DNA of 52,375 nt from Octopus sinensis (taxonomy: Eukaryota), in assembly GCF_006345805.1 (NCBI RefSeq), contig NW_021829608.1:1-52375 (forward strand), given 5' to 3'. Below the pieces are notes generated by a model. The model saw nothing but the letters and a program-made list of their open reading frames with translations. It was not told where the DNA came from and did no database searches. This document shows positions 47,041 to 52,375 of the stretch, one piece after another. The position numbers were made by a program, and so were the translations under genes. Numbering within the stretch: position 1 is the first letter of the stretch; every line of letters begins with the position of its first letter.

Positions 47041-48142
47041 TATAGAGATTTAGAATTGTCTTGTAACCGAACAAAGACAGGTATCATAAATTAAAAGAAT
47101 GGCTACGAAAAATAACTAAGCAGGCCTGCTCCATGGAAACTTAACAGTGAAGTCGACGTGAGCATACTTGATGAAGGCGGCCATCCGTGAACGTGTATTA
47201 TTAGTATTGTAAAGAGAATACAACTATTAAATAACTATTAAACACATTACATGCTAGTTTCAGCGGAAGCAGCTTTGTCATGTGATTGTTCGATCTGCTG
47301 TAAATATCAATTAATTTTATTTTCACTCGAATTACGCATTACCATATTGAAAGAAAAATATGAAAAGGCGGCCAAGTCCTCTAAAAACCACATCTTGCTT
47401 CATTAAAGAAAATATAATGGATGCCGCACTTATGGAGATACTCTAAATAAGATAACAGGCATTGACGACTTTAAAATACTTAATAAGTCTGCACACTCAG
47501 AGCTGAACAAGGGAAAATAAATTAAGCACAAGAACAACATCAATAACTGATGAAATTAATGTTCCAGAGTGGCTTTAAAAACAAACTGAGCAAAAAATGT
47601 CTTCTGTCTGTGAAGTTAGTACTGTCATTTTTGTCCATTCCTCCAGACCAGTAGAACTATAGGATACTTACGTCATATCCTGTATCCAATTCCGATATCG
47701 TACCAGTAAACAAGGTCTGGAGCATCTGAAATTCTTCAAAAAACATGCTTATTCATCGCTGGAAGCAAATATCTACGGTATGTTTCCACTTATTTTTGCT
47801 TGTTTTTCTTTTGTTTTTTGTGGGGTGTTTTTTTCGTTTTCTAGTCTTTTCTTTGGTTGAGACTTTTTGTTCAGCTTTGTTGTTTTTTTTTGTTTTCTTT
47901 TCCTTTTCCTGTCTCTAATATTCTGTCGGTCGACATTTCAAAGAATTGTTTAAAGAAATGCCAACACCAAATGTTTCGTCACAATGTTGCATTCATTCCT
48001 ACACAATAATAGCGATATTTTGTAAATCAAAGCAAGACACACAGACAAACAAGTATAGTAACAAAAAAATATATATATATTATAAATAAATAATATTGTT
48101 AGACAATTTAAGTGACAGGATTGTATGTATGTATACTACGTG

Positions 48143-48633
<491 letters not shown>

Positions 48634-48884
48634 AGCTCATGGATCGATATGCATCAATTGCTTATTATGGAGATATTGAGACAAAGAGAAAAGTGGATAT
48701 ATTTGTGTGAGTGTGTATACTTGTGTATATATATATATATATCTTAAGGAATGTGTATGTATGTATATGTTTACTTTGCTTTTTGAAAACAAAACAATGC
48801 ATGTTAAGAAATGAAATCCGTCGCTCCAAATTAGATCAGTTCAAAATGGTGAAGAGTTACATAATCAATTTATTAAGTCTTGCT

Positions 48885-49353
48885 GCAGCATACTGTGAGG
48901 TAAGAAATGTGCTTCCCAACCACTTGATTCTGCGTTCAGTCCCACTGTGTGGTACCTTGAGCAAATGTCTCCTACTATAGCCCCCCGGCCGCCCACAGCT
49001 GTGTGAATGGAATTCGCAGACGGAAGCAAAGAAACCTCCCGCGTGTCTGCGTGTGTGTATGTATGTGTTTGTGTGTGTGTGTGTGTGTGCGTGTGTGAGT
49101 GTGTGTGCGTTAGTGTATTGGTCTGTCTGTGTCTGTATTTGTCCCCCCCCCACCATCACAACTTGATAACCGGTGTTGGAATGTTTACGTCCATCCCCTA
49201 AGTAAGCGGTTAGGCAAAACAGATCGATAGAATAACTATCAGGCTTTTAAAAGTACGCGCAGGGGTCAACTTGTTCGGCAAAAATTTTTCGAGGTGGTGT
49301 TCCAGCATGGCCACCGTCTCATGAGTGAAACAAATAAGAAATAAAAGATTAAG
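48885..49353 (+). mobile_element. Old, diverged family-A-type SINE
   Basis: gtaagaaatgtgcttcccaaccac...ttcagtcccactg...ccttgagcaaatgtc...ccagcatggccac. Confidence 0.75.
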
Positions 49354-49884
49354 ATTATTGATTTTCCACTTATAAAACAAATTTGTAAGATAATCTTAGC
49401 TGGTCATTTTCACTAATCTGAAAGCTTCAAGTATTCCACATTACTATTATAACATCTGATGACATTACTCATGACTTCAGGGTTGCCAAAAATTTAAACC
49501 AAATTTTCTCAAAACAACTTGTCTGACCGTCCCATAGGCCTTTCCTTTGAGAAACACTGATTTAACCTAAATTTGAGACACCAGCAAAAGATAGAAATAA
49601 AGATATACGTTTTTTCTATTCTAAAGAAAAATGATTTTATTCACACAAATATACAACCGAAGAGTTTAAAGTACCAGTAATGATAAGGCTGTTGACTGGG
49701 AGAACACAAACATGGTTTAAACAGTAAGCTTGGCAGGAAAGAAACGTGCCCTTAAGCAGTACAAAAACAACAAAAAATGGAAGGCGCAGCTATGTACAAG
49801 TTGACGGAAGAAAGGCAGGACAAAAATGGCTTTATCGATCGCATTCTCACTTCGAATCGATTTTTGTAATGTTTTCAAGACTAA

Positions 49885-50000
49885 TACACGCCCTGATACC
49901 GTTGGTGTCTACATATCAAATTTGAGCGCAATCAGATGGAGGATGCCCGAGATCTTACAAGACACACACACACAGACAGAACGGATTTTATATAATAGAT
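49885..50000 (-). mobile_element. 5' fragment of a non-autonomous Helitron
   Basis: The minus strand reads A|TCTATTATATAAAAATCCGTTCTGTCTGTGTGTG, the same 5' architecture as the 18863 element. No 3' CTAG end found. Confidence 0.5.
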
Positions 50001-50185
50001 ATTTCGAAGTAGTTATCCAAAAGTTTTGTCGTTGTTTATTTTGAAGGAACTTATTCATATTCACGTGGCAGCTGATCTCTATAACAGTATTTGTATGTTA
50101 TTCTGATTTTCGATTTTGAACTACCAACTAGAATAGGAGTCGTCCAGTGGAATCTAGATGATCTCAACTACGTTATTCCGCATGC

Positions 50186-50447
50186 TTGTATGTATGTATG
50201 TATGTATGCATGCATGCATGTATGTATGCATGCATGCATGCATGTATGTATGTATGTATGTATGTATTGTATTGCATGTATGTATGTATGTATGTATGCA
50301 TGTATGTATGTATGTACGTATGTATGTATGTATGTATGTATGTATGTATGTATGTATGTATGTATGTATGTATGTATGTATGTATGCATGCATGCATGCA
50401 TGCATGTATAGATATATAGATAGATAGATACATACATACATACATAA

Positions 50448-50489
<42 letters not shown>

Positions 50490-50490
50490 T
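50186..50490. repeat. (TATG)n/(TGCA)n/(GATA)n microsatellites
   Basis: Direct reading of the sequence. Confidence 0.95.
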
Positions 50491-51290
50491 CCCTATTACG
50501 CTTCACCCTTTATGTAGATGTGTATGTGTGTGTGTGTGTGCAAACTATCATGCATTTATGTATGTATGCTTGTGTACATGTCTGTACGTATCTATGCGTG
50601 CAGGCATGTATTAATGTCATAGTCAGAGCGAATACGTTTCGTTTTATGTACATGCATATACAAAGATATATTTGTATATCTCTACTACTGTTTACGTACA
50701 AAATACACAACGTACACAACGTACCGCACGGTTCGATTCTGAACTCAATATCTTAATCATTAGCATCTTCGTACTTTTTGCTAAACTTCACAATTGCTTC
50801 ACTTATATTCATGATTTCATTAACGGCTTGTAACCAGTATTTTCTTAATTAACTGTGTCCTTCACGGTTTTGTGAAACCCAGCTTCTCAAAATTAGCGCT
50901 GAACCAGTTAGTTACATAATCATGTTTTGTATTAATCAATCATAAAGTTTAAATAATTGACCGGATCGGATGCAGTGTAAGTTGATTTCTCAATATCTTG
51001 GCACAGATGTTTAATCTTTTATTTCTAGTGTTTATGCATTTTCTTAACCTTAACTGGACAACCGAATTCTACATCTAGGCATGGTTTTCTCCATCAGAGA
51101 TTATTATGCTTTGTAATGCTTCCATTTTACAGAGGTTTTGACCCAAAGAATCTACCAATATTCTTTTATATTATTGAACGAGTGGGCTCTGTACATCTAC
51201 TGTTACTTCATAGACTTCGATATCAAAGGACATCTTTTCTGAGAAGTGTATTTTTGTCTATTTTAGTCGTGCTCACATTCATGTTATAGT

Positions 51291-51573
51291 GAGTTTGATT
51301 CCTGGACTGGGCTGTGTGTTCTGTTCTTAGGCAAGACACTTTATTTCACGTTGCTCCAGTTCCCTCAACTGTAGAAATTAGTTGCGATGTCATTGGTACT
51401 AAGCCGTATAGGCATTTGCTTTTCCCTAGAATAAGATTAGTGGCGTGGAGAGGAGAAGCTGGTATGTATAGGCGGCTGTTGGTCCTCCATAAACAGTCTT
51501 GCCCAGACTTCTAACTTGGAGGGTAACTTTCTAGGTGCAATGCCATGGACATTCCTGACCGATGGGGTCTTTA
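51291..51573 (+). mobile_element. Diverged SINE, family B
   Basis: gagtttgattcctggactggg...ggcaagacactttatttcacgttgctccag...ttctaggtgcaatgccatgg. Confidence 0.8.
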
Positions 51574-51724
51574 ACTCATTATATCGTGACTTATAAGTAA
51601 ATCATATCGTGAAGACATTTTTGGATAGTTGCTCATAAAGTGGACCATATCGTTCCTAATTACACTGGGTGTGCATCGGCTCTCGCATTTAAAAGTTTCA
51701 CCTGTATCTCTATCACATTTGTGT

Positions 51725-51784
51725 GCGTATATATATATATTGTACATATATATATATACATATATATATACATACATACATACA

Positions 51785-51815
<31 letters not shown>

Positions 51816-51941
51816 GTATGTATATGTGCGTATGTGTGAATGTTTGTATATATATATGTATATATATACATACATATGTATATATGTGTATGTGTGAATG
51901 TATGTGTATATATATATAGAGAGATGGAAAGATAGATAGAC

Positions 51942-51972
<31 letters not shown>

Positions 51973-51980
51973 AGATAGCG

Positions 51981-52016
<36 letters not shown>

Positions 52017-52060
52017 TGGTATGTATGTATGTATGTATGTATCTATCTATCTATATATAT
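51725..52060. repeat. Compound (TA)/(TACA)/(GATA) microsatellites
   Basis: Direct reading of the sequence. Confidence 0.9.
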
Positions 52061-52375
52061 AACTTAATGTTGTGGTTGTTTAATACACATAGGTATATGT
52101 CATGCAATGATTAAGCGTTATCTGCTAGAGAACTTAATAAGAATGTTAAGTAAATACATATGCATATATCATAAACTGTGAATTACATTTTAAGCTTCAC
52201 CGTGCTGAATGTGTAAGTATGTGCGTGTGCATGCTCGCGAGTGTCCCTATGACTGTGTAGGCGTGTATTCATGTGTGCAATTCACTGAAAATTTTATCCT
52301 TTTCATTTATCTACAATATCCTTTTCTATGTTCATTTCAACATTTTATGCTGACAACCATTCTCAAACTTCTATG

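Noticed and set aside
47162-47198. ATAC-TTGATGA-A-GGCGG-CCAT-CCGT-GAAC-GT-GTAT as a minimal hammerhead
   Set aside because: It needs at least three core corrections, so it is too degenerate to support from one copy.

Overview
This is eukaryotic, AT-rich, microsatellite-saturated DNA. It is most likely from a coleoid cephalopod (Octopus-like), inferred from the SINE families and the extreme TA/TACA/GATA/GA repeat load. I cannot support any intact host gene, and most listed ORFs are translated microsatellites. The window is a nested graveyard of mobile elements: about 25 copies or fragments of tRNA-derived SINEs, an R4/Dong-type LINE, a CRE-like RLE fossil, a possible LINE ORF1 at the left edge, two Penelope-like elements (PLEs, RT plus GIY-YIG), a deleted mariner, a Chapaev3-like transposon, MITEs and non-autonomous Helitrons including a head-to-tail dimer. 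The most striking unexplained signal, found by reading, is a set of type I hammerhead-ribozyme folds in at least six unrelated sequence families. Most have a short self-complementary stem III, and most sit in tandem repeats or fold-back palindromes. One occurs in the tail of a tRNA-headed SINE and another twice in a 604-nt retrozyme-like tandem unit. This suggests a diverse community of non-autonomous, ribozyme-bearing retroelements that may be mobilised by PLEs. All folds were parsed by eye, none is computationally or experimentally verified, and many element boundaries are approximate.
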